Source: Octopus vulgaris
Lineage: Eukaryota
Assembly: GCA_951406725.2 (NCBI GenBank)
Contig: OX597828.1
Coordinates: 27,342,001-27,406,000 of the forward strand
Reading direction: 5' to 3'
Length of the DNA: 64,000 nucleotides
The notes under the pieces are model-generated. The model saw nothing but the letters and a program-made list of their open reading frames with translations. It was not told the origin of the DNA and did not search any database. Position numbers and translations under genes: made by a program. This document shows positions 1 to 12,706 of this stretch, one piece after another (the first letter of the stretch is position 1; each line of letters opens with the position of its first letter).

Positions 1-49
1 ATGTACATAAACACATGCACACAAACACATACAAATATATATACTTATA

Positions 50-480
50 TAGATAGATAGATAAACAGACAGATAGACAAATAGATTGGTAGACAGGCAG
101 GCAAGCAGACAGACAGACAGATAAATAGATAGATAGATAGATAAATAGATTGAAATGTTTCTTTATTAGCCACACAGGGCTGCACACAGACAGGACAAAA
201 TTACAAGGTAGAGCTTTTCTTTTGGGGGTAAAAGAAGGGGGTTTGGTTTTCGATCAAAAGGGATCGAAAATGGAAAGAAAGAGGACAAAAAAGGGGGGGG
301 GGATAAAATAAAATTTAAAAAAAAAAGATAGATAGATAGACACATAGATAGACAAATCGATAGATAGATAGACAAATAGATATATAGATAGACAGATAGA
401 TATATAGATAGACAGACAGGCAGGCAAACAGACAGATAGCTAGCTAGCTAGCTAGATAGATAGATAGATAGACCACAAAT
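50..480. repeat. Compound (AGAT)n/(AGAC)n tetranucleotide microsatellite
   Basis: Direct repeats visible in sequence, interrupted at ~160-320 by a short interspersed-repeat tail. Confidence 0.9.
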
Positions 481-842
481 ATCTATATAGGCAGATTGAA
501 AATTGACATGAAAACAACAAAAGAATATAGACAGTAAGTGTATTAGGACAACATATATATGTATGTATATACACACACACACTCAAATTTGCACACAAAC
601 ATTTTACTTTTCATTTTGTATATTTTTGTTGTGTCTATTGGTATTAGTCTGACATGTATGAGCATGTATGTGTTTAGATGCACATACATACATACATACA
701 TACATACATATGTGTGTGTGTGTGTGTGTGTGGTAGGGGAGAAGTAGTACTGCGGAGCCAAAATGTCTAGAAAAATGAAATTTCGTATGTAAGAAAAAAA
801 TGACTTAGCAAATGTATCTTCAAAAATCTTGATGAATTCCAG

Positions 843-952
843 GACAAAGTTATGACGGATGCAACAAGTTCAGTTTCAGCCACTGGTGTATTTACTGGAG
901 ATGGCAAGGGAGTGGGTTCAGTTTCACTCATCTTACATTTACGATATCCATG
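843..952 (+). other. Possible exon in a non-repetitive island (ttccag|GAC...ATG|gtaaca)
   Basis: AG/GT bounded and less AT-rich than flanks. Two + frames and one - frame are open; no recognisable domain; weak pyrimidine tract. Confidence 0.2.
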
Positions 953-979
953 GTAACATTGTTTGATATATCTGTCCAT

Positions 980-1130
980 ATGACTGTCTGGCTAAGAAGT
1001 CTGTTTCCCAATCACAAGGCTCAAGGCTCAGTCCCACTGTATGGTGTCTTGGGTGTTTTCTACTATAGCCCTTGGTTGAACCAAAGCCTTGTAATATTTG
1101 GTAGACAGTCTCTGAAAGAAGTCCATCATT
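980..1130 (+). mobile_element. tRNA-derived SINE family A, diverged head
   Basis: Aligns by eye to the copy at 20375-20540 (gttcagtcccactg...ttctactatagcc...aaagccttgt...ctgaaagaag). Confidence 0.75.
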
Positions 1131-1229
1131 GTGTGTGTATGTGTGTCTGTTTATGCATCTATGTATTTATGTGTGTATATATATGTATTTATATATATGT
1201 ATTTATGTATATGCATATATGTATTTATG

Positions 1230-1260
<31 letters not shown>

Positions 1261-1375
1261 ATATAAGCATATCTGTATATTGACTGGCGAACCAGGTGCA
1301 GCCATCTGTTTCTCCAGTCCTCAGTCAAATCGTCCAACCCATGCTAGCATGGAAAGTGGATGTTAAATGGTGATG

Positions 1376-1406
<31 letters not shown>

Positions 1407-1409
1407 CAT

Positions 1410-1550
1410 ATAGTTGAAATTTATTGAAAACAAAAGACAAAGACAGATGTATGAACAACAAGCAAGTGTATTGGTTTGATGCTCAGGAAAAATGGAAAAG
1501 TCTTTTATGTTTCGAACCTACGCTCTTCAGCAGAAAGGAATAAGAGAAGT
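1410..1550 (-). mobile_element. Short repeat, probable Penelope-like terminal-repeat fragment
   Basis: Reverse complement matches 28870-29060; carries a hammerhead-like ctgctgaagagcgtaggttcgaaac motif. Confidence 0.5.
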
Positions 1551-1879
1551 GCATGTGTGTAAATGTATGTTTATGTGTGGAGGTATGTATATGTATGTGT
1601 GTATGTGAATGTCTGTGTGTCCTTGCATCAATATTGCATTATTGTAGTAAATGAGTGTCCCTGCTTTACAAGCAGTGTCATTTCTTTTCCAATATACTGA
1701 TATCTCTCTATTTCTATCTATCTATCTATCTCCAGTTGAGTAACCTTGTATCTTCTCTACAGCATGACACCTGTTTCTGTCTCACTATAACTTTTCATCA
1801 TCTGACACAAGATCACCTTCTCCACTGCCCTTTCCCATCTCAAAATATTTTTGTCTTGCAAGTTACTTGGTGATCCTAT

Positions 1880-2160
1880 CAGTGCAGGTACCACTTAAAA
1901 TTACCCAGTCCACAGTGGTTGGTGTTTGGAAGGGCATCTAGCTGTAAAAACCTTGCCAAAACTGACCTCACTTGTGCCACCTAAAAAGCACAAAGTCCAC
2001 TCTACTGAGTGGTTGGTGTTAGGAAAGGCATCCAGGTGTAAAAAATCTTACCAAAACTGTCACGGAAGTCTGGTACAGGCTTATGCCTGTCCAGCTCCTG
2101 TCAAGCCATTCTATCTATCCCAGCATGGAAGGCAGATGTTAAACAATGATGATGATGTGT
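1880..2160 (+). mobile_element. RTE 3'-tail-derived fragments (two partial copies)
   Basis: gtggttggtgttaggaaaggcatccag...gcatggaa...gttaaacaatgatgatgat matches the 3' end of the RTE LINE at 35361-35530. Confidence 0.75.
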
Positions 2161-3072
2161 GACCATGTCTGATAAGGGAGAAATATTATCTTACTTGGAA
2201 ACAGGTGAGGCTTAACAACAGGAAGGGCATCTGGCCATAGAAAATCTGCTTCAATATACACCATACAACCCATGCAAGCATGGAAAAGGGGACATTAAAG
2301 CAACATCTATGACACTAGCGATGACAGTTCCAAGCCAAAAGCATGCTGAAGATTCATGGATCATGTTTGTATAATACTAATTTCGTGTATAATATTAGAA
2401 TGGCTGTATGGTTACAAATTTTGCATTTTCCACTTTTTCATTTATCAGGTTCAGTCCCACTGCACAAAGCAAATTTTCATGGAGGTTTTTTTTAATTCAG
2501 ATGACTTGAATACTTTTGTTACCTTATTTTTGTTGAAATACGTTGCATTTGTTTCATTTGTTTTGAAAATGATAAATAAAGAATTTAGTAAAATAATTCT
2601 ATCATTAACAGGAAATTAACATCAGATTTTGATGGAAGGTTTTTAAAGTAAAACATGAAGTTTGTATGAGAACCAGAGCTGTATTAGACAGATTAGTTTC
2701 AAAAGGATTCATCAACTTGCAATCATGTGGATTAGTAAGATTATGGGTCTGTTAAACTCTGCTTAGATGAGTATTATGTTTTTGCACATGGATGAGCTAG
2801 TGTGTGATATTGTATGTGTGTGTGTGTGTATGTGTACATATATCCATATGTGTATGTACTTAGCAGTTCAGGGAAAAAAAGATACCAATAGAATAAGCAC
2901 CAGGCTTTAAAAATGTAATTAATTCCTGTGGTTGATTCCTTTAACAAAAAATTCTTCAAGACGATGCTCCAGAATGGCTGCAGTCTAATGACTGAAACAA
3001 GTAAAAGAGTAAAAGATATGTGTATGCATTTGTGTGTGTGGGGGTGTGTGTGTATGCATAAATATATGTGTC

Positions 3073-3125
<53 letters not shown>

Positions 3126-3410
3126 GTGTGCATATATATTGTGTATTATGGTAGTTCCGCTATGCTATTGTACTCAAAGTTAATTTGGTGGGGGTGGGGG
3201 TGGGGTGCTAAAAAGTGCCATTATACTAAATAACACAACTGCAACAGCAGTAGTTTAAAATAAAGATTAAAAAGTAAATAAAATTTTAAATATCAAAAAA
3301 AAAACCCCAAAAAAAACTAATAAAATAAAGTTTGCGTCCCTGTTCAGTAGTGCTTGGTATAGCTTGAAGAATGTCTGGCAGACATTTTTAGGGAGAAAGT
3401 TCTGTTTGTT

Positions 3411-3540
3411 CCTTGACCCCTTAGGATAAACATACTATTGATCATGCCAGCCCCTTCTCCATTCCTGAAATCAGTTACCTACTTGAAGAAATATCGTTCC
3501 AGCTGGGCGTTCACTACTTGAAGCTAGTAACTACTAAACA
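3411..3540 (+). repeat. Copy 1 of a locally duplicated acceptor+exon-like module
   Basis: Similar to 4841-4975 (ttgacc..ttag, ctattgatc, agttacctacttgaa, ttccagctggg, ctacttgaagct); not seen elsewhere in the window. Confidence 0.75.
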
Positions 3541-3713
3541 GAACTGAGAGACCATAACTTTGGCTCACTTCTTTCCTTACTTTTCTTCTTTCAAACTCTC
3601 AACTACCATTTCTCTTTCTACTCCTCCTCCTCCACCTCTTCATTTTCCTTTTCCCTTTCTATGTTCTCATGCTCACCAAGATTTCTCCTCCTTCTATATG
3701 CTTTCTGTATGCA

Positions 3714-3761
<48 letters not shown>

Positions 3762-4430
3762 CATACATGCATACACACATACATACAGACATATGTATAT
3801 ATACACACACACTCACTCATACACACACATACACACACACACACACACATATATATATACATATATATATATATATACATATACATGTGTGTGTATGTAT
3901 GAAAGAATGAACATATCTACGCATGGTTGTGTGTGTATATATGAAAGAAGAAATGTTTCTAAGCACGCTTGTATATATATGTGTATATATATCATTCCTC
4001 TCTTTGTTTTATTTATACTTTCACTTTCCTTTCTCTCTCTCCCCCCTCTTCATTCCGTTTTCCTTTGTTCCTTCTAATCCCAGTATCCCTTCTCTGTCAG
4101 TACCTCCCCCCCCCACCACTCTTTTCTCTTTTTCTCATCTTCTCTTTGGATTCTTCAGTCATTGATCAACGCCTCTAGACATTCTTACTCAGCTATTGCA
4201 GAATATTTCTTTATCTCGTTTTGTTCTTCTTGTTCTTCTATTCTAGTTTTTTTGAATCTGTTCTGTACTTCTTTTCTCACATATATACACACATGCCTAC
4301 ATACACACACACACACACACAATGTATATATGTGTATCTGTTTTTGTTTTTCTTTTTATTTTTATTTTCTTCTCCTTTCTACTTGGTCTTGTTCCCATTG
4401 GTACGTCGCATTGATCTATCTTGGCATCAG

Positions 4431-4513
4431 AAGGAGTTGTAGACACTGTGGAGGCCGGGAAACACTTGACTCTATACTTCTGGGTGGATGCAGTAACGCT
4501 TCAGCAAAAATAA
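4431..4513 (+). CDS. Candidate terminal coding exon, xGVVDTVEAGKHLTLYFWVDAVTLQQK* (phase 1)
   Basis: About 180 nt without AG, including a long pyrimidine tract, before cag|; GC-richer body; stop followed directly by AATAAA. Phase is inferred. Confidence 0.35.
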
Positions 4514-4840
4514 TAATAAAATTAAATACAAAAAAAAAAACAAGAAAATAAACAAAAAATTTCTATTCCTATAGAGTTTCTGAATCTCTTTTCTTTTTTT
4601 TTTTTTGTAGCAGTTGTCATATTTGTAAGTTTAGTTTCACCAGTGCTAAATTGCTATGGTAAATATACAATGAATAGCAATAACTTTTAATCAAGAATAT
4701 TGAAAACTTTAAAATTTTTTCAAATTCTACATTTTATGTTTCTAAGTACTGCACTTAATACTGTATGGGCCAGTTTTTAATGCTGGATACCTGAAATTTC
4801 ACCATACCACCATATTAAAACCAGGTATGACACTGTCATT

Positions 4841-4975
4841 ATTTGACCTCTTTTAGATATAACATGCTATTGATCTCCTCCAATCCCTCTTCTACATTTC
4901 TTGAAACTAGTTACCTACTTGAAAAGATATCTTTCCAGCTGGGTGTTCTCTACTTGAAGCTGTATTACTAAATTC
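4841..4975 (+). repeat. Copy 2 of the duplicated acceptor+exon-like module
   Basis: See 3411-3540. Acceptor cttttag| precedes 4857; phase-1 reading is xITCY*. Confidence 0.75.
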
Positions 4976-5560
4976 TTGAGATACACCAAAGATTTACAAT
5001 AAATTTTGCGTGTATTAAGTTGTTTCATCTGTTTAAAAAATCCTCGAAATGCAGCTTAGATGCTTTGCAAGATCCAACTTGAAAAGGAATGGATTCTGCA
5101 ACATTATTAAAATTTGTTCTTTCATTAATTTAGCTATCCCCTTTCTGCCTTTAAATACAATAATTGATTATAAATAGGTAAACAATGCCATGGTGATTAT
5201 AAAGCAGACACACACATACATGACAACTGTTTTATAAGCTTCCTTGGCAACACTTTGAAGTCACAGTTCACACTTAAAATAAATAAATATTCCACATTTA
5301 CTATTCTTTACAAGGGGGAGACTCCTTGTTTGAAATGGTTTATACGGCTCCAGCTCTCCCTTATTCTTTTCCATAAGATAATTTAAAGAATGGTATTTCA
5401 TTTGCTAAATCTGTTTTTTATAATTTAATTTACTTTTTATTTTCTGTATTGCAAAGGAGTAGATGACATTATTATACACACACACACGTTAATACATACA
5501 TACATACTCATATGTATGTATATTACTGAGATTGAAATATCTTCCTATATTCTCAACATC

Positions 5561-5598
<38 letters not shown>

Positions 5599-6902
5599 AA
5601 TAAGATAATAATTTATTTTCAAACACAGAGGTGCTGTTTGAATGGCAGAAAACTTTGGGTAAATCACACTTACAAAGCAGAAAAATTCATCAACAAACTG
5701 CCATACATGTATGTATGAGAAAAGTTTGGAATGAATATTCAAGGCAAAACTCCTATTCAAACTCACAAAATAATTTATATAAGTAACAGTAGAATGTATA
5801 GTTATATTTTACAGATTTATTGTTTTACCAACACAATTTCTGCTTTCACTATTTCTAGTAGCTCTTCAGAAACTAAATGTTTTGACTCTGAAAATGCAGC
5901 GAAGCTACACTCTGAAGAGGTTTGGATACAAAATGTTTTTATGTGATTCAGACATAAGGTACATGAATAGGTTACACTCCATTTAGTATCATCATCAGCA
6001 TTATTATATCACTGTTCACATTTTCATGCTTGCTTGAGTTGGATGGAGCTAACTGAAGCAGATTTTCTACAGTTAGATGCCTTTCCTGTCACTAACCCTC
6101 ACGTGTTTCCAAACAGTGTAATATTTCCACATGTTGGCGCTTGTTTTTACAGAAGATTGGAAGTGAATGATACCACTTGTATGATGGTGATGCTCATTTA
6201 CAACCATAGTACAACGTCAAGACAACAAGACACAAATGCACCCCTGTGCACATGCACACAGACACACACACACACACGCACATGTACACACACACACAAT
6301 TTCCATGTACCAAGTTTGTTAACAAGGCTTTAGTCAGCCCAGGGATATACTAGAAGGCATTCAGCCAAAGTATCATGCAGAAACCCTGAACCTGAGTTCA
6401 TGTGGGCAAGAAATGAACTTTTTAACCACATAGCCATATCTCCACCCCTGTTAGTTGCTTAGTTATTAGTATGAGAAGCTATTTAATAAAGTTCACATGA
6501 AGTGCTTTGTAGTCAGAGACTTGTTATTCATGGTAGTTATTATTCTTGTTTTAAAGCAGTGAAGTGTTAGCATCATTAGGGTGTTGAATAGAATGTCCCA
6601 CACCAGCTATTGCAATGCTCTGTGCTCTCGGTTCAAATTTTGCTGAAGTCTACTTTGCTTCTTACCCTTTTGGGGTTGGTAATAAAGGAAAGAACAATTT
6701 AAGGTTAGTACACTGACAGACTAAATACACAGTTAGGAAGGCTGTCTCTTGTTGTCTGTTCTGGTTCATTGCACTCTCTCAGCACTGAGCTACTATAACA
6801 CTGGTGCCAAGCTATATTGGTCCAAACTTGCAGTGTTTCCTTTGCCCAGGTCTGTGTGTACATGTACAAAGTCTTAACCAATGGAGACTGTATTATTTAC
6901 TA

Positions 6903-6905
6903 TTG

Positions 6906-6959
<54 letters not shown>

Positions 6960-7000
6960 TATCACTATTATTATTTTTATTATTATTATTATTATTATTA
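6903..7000. repeat. (ATT)n microsatellite
   Basis: Direct repeats. Confidence 0.95.
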
Positions 7001-7470
7001 AGGTGGTGAGCTGGCAAAAACATTAGCACTCCAGCCGAAATGCTTTGTGGCATTTTGTCCATCCTTATGTTCTGAGTTCAAATTCCACCAATGATGACTT
7101 TCTCTTTCATCCTCTCGGAGTCGATAAATTAAGTACCAGTTGAACACTGGGGTGGATGTAATTGACACATCCTTTTCCCCTAAATGGCTGCCCTTGTGAC
7201 AAAATTTGAAACCATCATCATCATCATCATTATTATTTTTATTATTATTATTATTATTATTATCATCATCATTATTATTATTATTATTATTGTGAGCTAG
7301 CAGGAGTATTAGCATGCCAGCTGAAATAATTCACAGCATTTCGTCCATCCTTACATTCTGAATTCAAATTCCACTGAGGTTCACTTTACCTTTCTTACTT
7401 TATCAGGGTCAATGTAATTGCCTAGTCCTCTCCACCAAAATTTCAGGCCTTGTGCCTATACTAGAAAAGA
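7000..7470 (+). mobile_element. Two tRNA-derived SINEs of family C (Meta/MESC-like central domain) separated by (ATT)n
   Basis: Head aaggtggtgagctggcaaaa...ctgagttcaaattcc and core tttcatcctctcggagtcgataaattaagtaccag. Confidence 0.8.
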
Positions 7471-7509
7471 TTATTATTTTCATCATCATTATTATTCTGT
7501 GCCTTTTAG

Positions 7510-7535
7510 ATATAATTGAAGAGAGCCTTGTATAG
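7510..7535 (+). CDS. Candidate terminal micro-exon xIIEESLV* (class I PDZ-ligand-like end)
   Basis: ttattctgtgccttttag| acceptor; phase-1 frame ends E-S-L-V-stop. Very short, could be chance. Confidence 0.3.
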
Positions 7536-8082
7536 CACAAACTTGAAAATATTCAGTATTTGTGTATTTAAGTATTTTGTAACTGTATCCATGGAGTACT
7601 GGCGGCATTATCATATCATTACATCAAATGCTTTGGGATTGTTTACTCCAGTTCTTTATGGTCTCATCTCAAATCCTGCGCAAATTGACTTTACCTTTTC
7701 TCCTGTGGTCAGTAGAACAATGTGCATATTTTGGGGAAATGTTCAGAAGAATTGTTCAAGTATTGCACAAAATGTCTCCATTTAGAATTGATTTCAGCTC
7801 TTGACCTTCTGTGTTTTCTTTTGATGAGAGCAGCCAGCACTAAGTTGTATTGGCCGTTGGTTTTACTTTGAACAAAAAACATGATTGTAACAATAATAAA
7901 TGAAAAATATTAAAAAGTCAAAGAAAAATTTAAAAACACTGCAGATTCAGGTACCTAATCAACACTAATGATCAGGAGTCAGCGGGTGTCCCTTTGTTTC
8001 TTTTAATTTGCTTAGCCAGAGGAGGATGACCATCAACTATAACTCTTTAAAGACAGGTATACACACACATATGCAAAATCTA

Positions 8083-8961
8083 TATATGCGTGGAAATTTA
8101 TATAAATTCATATAGGTTTGTGTGTTTAAGTGTCTGGGTTTCCATGCATGAACATTACATTTTGTGGCTAAATTGATATTTATCAACCACTCAGAGAGAT
8201 GGTTAACAGGGTTTCATCGAGTGATTGAAGTCGTCTTCAGACAAGAGAGACTTGGTCCAAATACTTGCAACTGAATAGAGCATGGTAAAGACACCCACGA
8301 AACAGCTGTTAGGACCTTTATGTTAAACCAGATAATGTTTTAAATCTTCCAATGAGAAACAATAGTGCTTACACTGATCTTATACAGTTTCTTTCTGCCA
8401 GATTTCAATTGCAAAGCTTGGTTCAACTTATGGCTATTGTAGAAAACTCTGCTTTTGTTACAAAGGAACTTAAAACTCATTGCTTGCAAGGTGAACTTTT
8501 CAATCGCATAATATTTCATTGTGATTGGACAGGCATTTGTCAAACAGCTGTTGAAAATATCTGCTATAAATTTTGGGCTCTTTTTTCAGAAAGTGCTGAT
8601 TATAATGAGAATGATGTTATGATAGCTTATCAAGCCTTGCTATTGATTTTGAAGGCACTACATATCTATTGCTAAAATTCTTCAGTGTTTGGTGAAACCT
8701 GATCTCTGCACCAAGACTTCTTGGAGAAGAAGAAAAACAGGAAGCAAGGAAGGTGGCTAATAATGGTGTCAGACAAGGTAACGAGAATGAAAACAATGCC
8801 ATTTATTTCATTAGGAAAATAATGTTAAGATTTGTCTGGGAAATATAATTTTTTAATTTAATATTATCAATTTAGTCACAAAATTGAATGTTCGTGCACG
8901 GAAACCCAGACACACTCAAACACACACAACCCATAAAGATTCATAGAGATTTCTACATATA
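8083..8961. mobile_element. Old element bounded by ~95-bp imperfect inverted repeats (probable non-autonomous DNA transposon)
   Basis: 8083-8180 (gtgtctgggtttccatgcatgaacattacattttgtggctaaattgata) is the reverse complement of 8866-8961 (tatcaatttagtcacaaaattgaatgttcgtgcacggaaacccagacac). Confidence 0.7.
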
Positions 8962-10009
8962 CACCTACTTTCATGGACATTATACAAGCACACAAACACC
9001 ATACATATGTGTGTGTGTGTGTGTGTGTGTATCTATTCACTATATATATATATTTATGAATTAGTATTTAAGTATATGTGTGAATATGTGTGTATATATA
9101 TGTATGTATGTATATATATGTGTGTATGTATATATGTGTGTGTGTGTATATATATATATACACCTACATTTTTGTGTATATAAATATATATCTATATACA
9201 TATGTTTGTGTGTGTTGTGTGTGTACGTGTATCAGTATATATGTATATATATACATACACACACACACACAAACTGAAGTATATATGTATATACACACAT
9301 ACATGTTTAAGCGTATATGTATACATACACATATACTTTAAGATATGGTGACTCACAAATTTGCGTACAGAGAGAGACACAAGGACATTTGTACGCATAT
9401 ATGTCATGAATCTGTGTATGTACCAACATAATACATATAAATACAGAGAGACACATTATGATACATGATGATATTGTCTATAAACTTGCTAAGGATATGA
9501 TGGTAGTAAGGGTGGTGAGGTCGGTGGTGGGTGGAGTGATAAAAATGATGGCAGAAGCAATGATGAAGAGGTTGTGATGAGACTAAAATACCTATTAGTA
9601 ATAATGTTACTTTTAAAATAGCTATTAGTAATAATTTTATTTCTGCATGCTAAATATTGTTGTTTTTACTAATAGCTTTTAAAATCATTGTTGTTTTATA
9701 TTAGTATTAAAACTATATCTGTTAGATAATTTATTATTTTATTGATATCGTGTTTTTAAAATAGCAGAGTTTTTAAAGGTTAATTTAATCACATCACGCA
9801 TTGCTACCATCCTTTGTCTTCAAGATGTTCTTGAAAAATTTCCTAAAACTATTTGCATTGAGGTTTTAAATTGTTAGTATTATCATTATCATCATCATTA
9901 TTATTATTATTATTATTAGTAGTAGTAGTAGTAGTAGTAGTAGTCATAGTTGTCGTTATTGCAGTATTTTCCAAATTTCCCTTTTTATCATTAATTTTAT
10001 TTTTGTTAG

Positions 10010-10050
10010 AATATACTTCAAAGAACAGGAAGCTAAATGTTGAAATATAA
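10010..10050 (+). CDS. Candidate terminal micro-exon xYTSKNRKLNVEI*
   Basis: Long T-rich tract and ttgttag| acceptor, followed by ~500 nt of repeat-free UTR-like sequence. Confidence 0.25.
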
Positions 10051-10841
10051 TAATTACATCAGTTTGTAATAATCTACTCAACTACCTACCTACCCACACC
10101 CAGCATTCCCCACCCTAACAAAAAAATTCAACAAACGATATTTTGGTGCTGATTATGCATCTGTCTCTGTCCATTTTTGTGATGGCCCTGTTCAAAATCT
10201 CTCTCTTCTTGACCAAAGATTTCAACAGACAACCAAGACAATAGTGTTAGATAAACAAGTGCTTGGATTGCTGGAATGATTCCAAAAGGGTATATGGCAC
10301 CTCAACTAGTTACTCAGTTTCCGCTAAGCTGGCTGGAACAATATCTTGATGAGGTTATACATAAAAGACTCAAGTACTATCCTTCGATATTATTCTATTC
10401 TTGAATCTAACAAACAGCTATAATACTTCGTCTAGCTACAGTGAAACACAGGCAGAAAAACTTAGCAAATTATAGGAAATTTACTGAATAACAATGGAAA
10501 TGGTTCAGGCAGAAAATCTTGCTATAAATATGACCTAGATGAGTGTCTAAAGAAACCCGCTTCCTGTTTTTCACTCTCTCTTTCTTCATACACACACACA
10601 CACACACACACCAGTCTTGTCTTTGAGAAAGGTAGACATTGCAAAATTTACCATTCTTTGAAAATGCTTATCCTACTGGAATGTTTTAATTAAAATAGTT
10701 TGTATCCCAAAAAGTGTTTCCTTAAAGAATTGATAGTAAAGTTAAGTTTGACATTCATTTTTCATGAATACACTACAGTCTGGTTCTTACTTAACGAAAT
10801 AATAATCAAACTCACAAATAAACAACAAAAAATATTATAAT

Positions 10842-11215
10842 AATGGCTGTGTGGTTATGGTGCTTGATTTGTAACTATGTGGCTCTGGGTTCAGTCCTTG
10901 TGCACCTTGGCAAAGTGTCATCTGCTATAGACCTGGTCCAAACAAGCTTTGTGAGTGAATTTAGTTGATGGAAACTGTGTGGAAGCCTGATGCATGCACA
11001 CATATGTCTGTATGTATGCATATGCATGTCTTTGAGTTTGTTTGTCCCCACTGTTTCCACTGTGTGACAACTGATGTTGGTTTGTTTGTGTCCCCTGTAA
11101 CTTAGCTGTTCAGCAAAAGAAACTAACTTACTTGAAAACTAAGTGTGTTTGTCTAAAACCCTTCAAACCAATGCCCCAGCCTGGCTATAGTCCAATCACT
11201 AAAACAAGTGGAAGG
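10842..11215 (+). mobile_element. SINE family A, diverged full-length copy
   Basis: Both halves align with 20375-20910. Confidence 0.75.
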
Positions 11216-11744
11216 AAAAAGTACAAACAATATAAATTTCAAAGTGGAGGAAATTAAAATTCTAGTAAACCAATAAATACCATAGAAACTACTTTTTCCA
11301 TTTATCTGAGAAAAAGCAGAAAAAGGTACACATTGACAGTTTTAAGGCGGCGAGCTGGCAGAAACATTAGCTGGTGCTTTTTATGTGCCACTGGCATGGG
11401 AGCCAGTCTGGCAACCCTGGCATTGAATATACTCAGATAGTGCTTTTTATATGCCGCCAGCTAAAGTAATGACAATTCAGGGTGCCTGATGCAATTTCTT
11501 AGATTTCGACTTGAGTATTGTTTCTGAGAGTTAATGAAATTTTGATACAAGTTAGTCTCAGCTGAGATATGCAAACCCTAAAAGATAACACTTGTTTAGT
11601 CATTCAGGGTGTGTGCATGCGTGTGTGTGTCCGTGTGTTCGTGTGTGTGTGTGTGTGACTTTTCTGTTCTTTTACTAAGGTACTGAATGGCCATTGATAT
11701 TGTGTGTCGTACATAAATTTCTCCTATTCCTGACATGATCAGTT

Positions 11745-11796
11745 ACTACTACTACTACTAGTAGTAGTAGTAGATGTAGTAGTAGTAGTAGTAGAT

Positions 11797-11842
<46 letters not shown>

Positions 11843-11899
11843 TAGTAATAGTAGTAGTAGCAGCAGCAGCAACATTAGTAGTAGTAGTAGTAGTAGTAG
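11745..11899. repeat. (ACT)n/(AGT)n microsatellite
   Basis: Direct repeats with a strand switch near 11760. Confidence 0.95.
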
Positions 11900-12649
11900 A
11901 TTAGATATGACTATATTTGGTAGCTGGAAGTCGAGTCAGCTTTGGATAATTGCTTTAAAGTGTTATGTCAAATACTCAATTAATTCAGTGAGAAAAAGGG
12001 TTATATGGCAACAGCATCTTGCAAGGTATTTCACTACTGGTGTCTGTATTGTTATTGTTGATGAAGACGATGATGAGGATGATGAAGATGATGATGATGA
12101 TAACAATGATGCTGTTGTTGTTGTTGTTGCTGTTGTTGTTGTTGCACAAGTCAACTAGGCTTTGACTCCTTAACTGTCAGTTGAAGTACTTAGCAGTTCT
12201 TCATTTACAGTTTAGAGATAAACTTCAAGTCATTAAGCTAACTGCTGATAATAAACACATGAACAAACAAACAAAATAAATAAATAAAATAGAGACAAAA
12301 AGAAACTATTAAAAATAGTAAACAAAAAAAAAAAAAAATTTGAAAATACACAAAATTCATGCAAAAAAAAATAAATAATAATAAACAAGCTTGGCTTCTA
12401 AAATATGGCTTCCACATTTTTTTTTTGTACCACATCTTAGGTGAAGATATTTCCATTATTTATGTTTATAATTGCTTATCTCTATTTAAACTTTTCATTT
12501 ATTTAACTTCTTATACAATTTTATTATTTGTAGTGTTTATATTTCTTCTTTATCCTGTTTTTTTTTTTTTTTCTTCTTTCAAATCATTGATGTGTAGAAG
12601 TAACTAAATTAGCCCTATGTACAGGAAAATCATGTGACCTAGTTTCTAG

Positions 12650-12706
12650 GTGCCAGAACAGATAACTTAGATTCAATGTCACATTTGGAGAGTAACAACA
12701 TGTCAG
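12650..12706 (+). CDS. Candidate 57-nt symmetric (phase 1-1) exon, xARTDNLDSMSHLESNNMSx
   Basis: tttctag| acceptor, consensus donor CAG|gtgagt, length divisible by 3 and open in phase 1. An upstream acceptor (exon start 12598) is also possible. Confidence 0.45.

Noticed and set aside
3430-3550. C/D box snoRNA pair
   Set aside because: The C box match is poor (ttgatca/ttgatct) and the terminal CTGA is not kept in the second copy.
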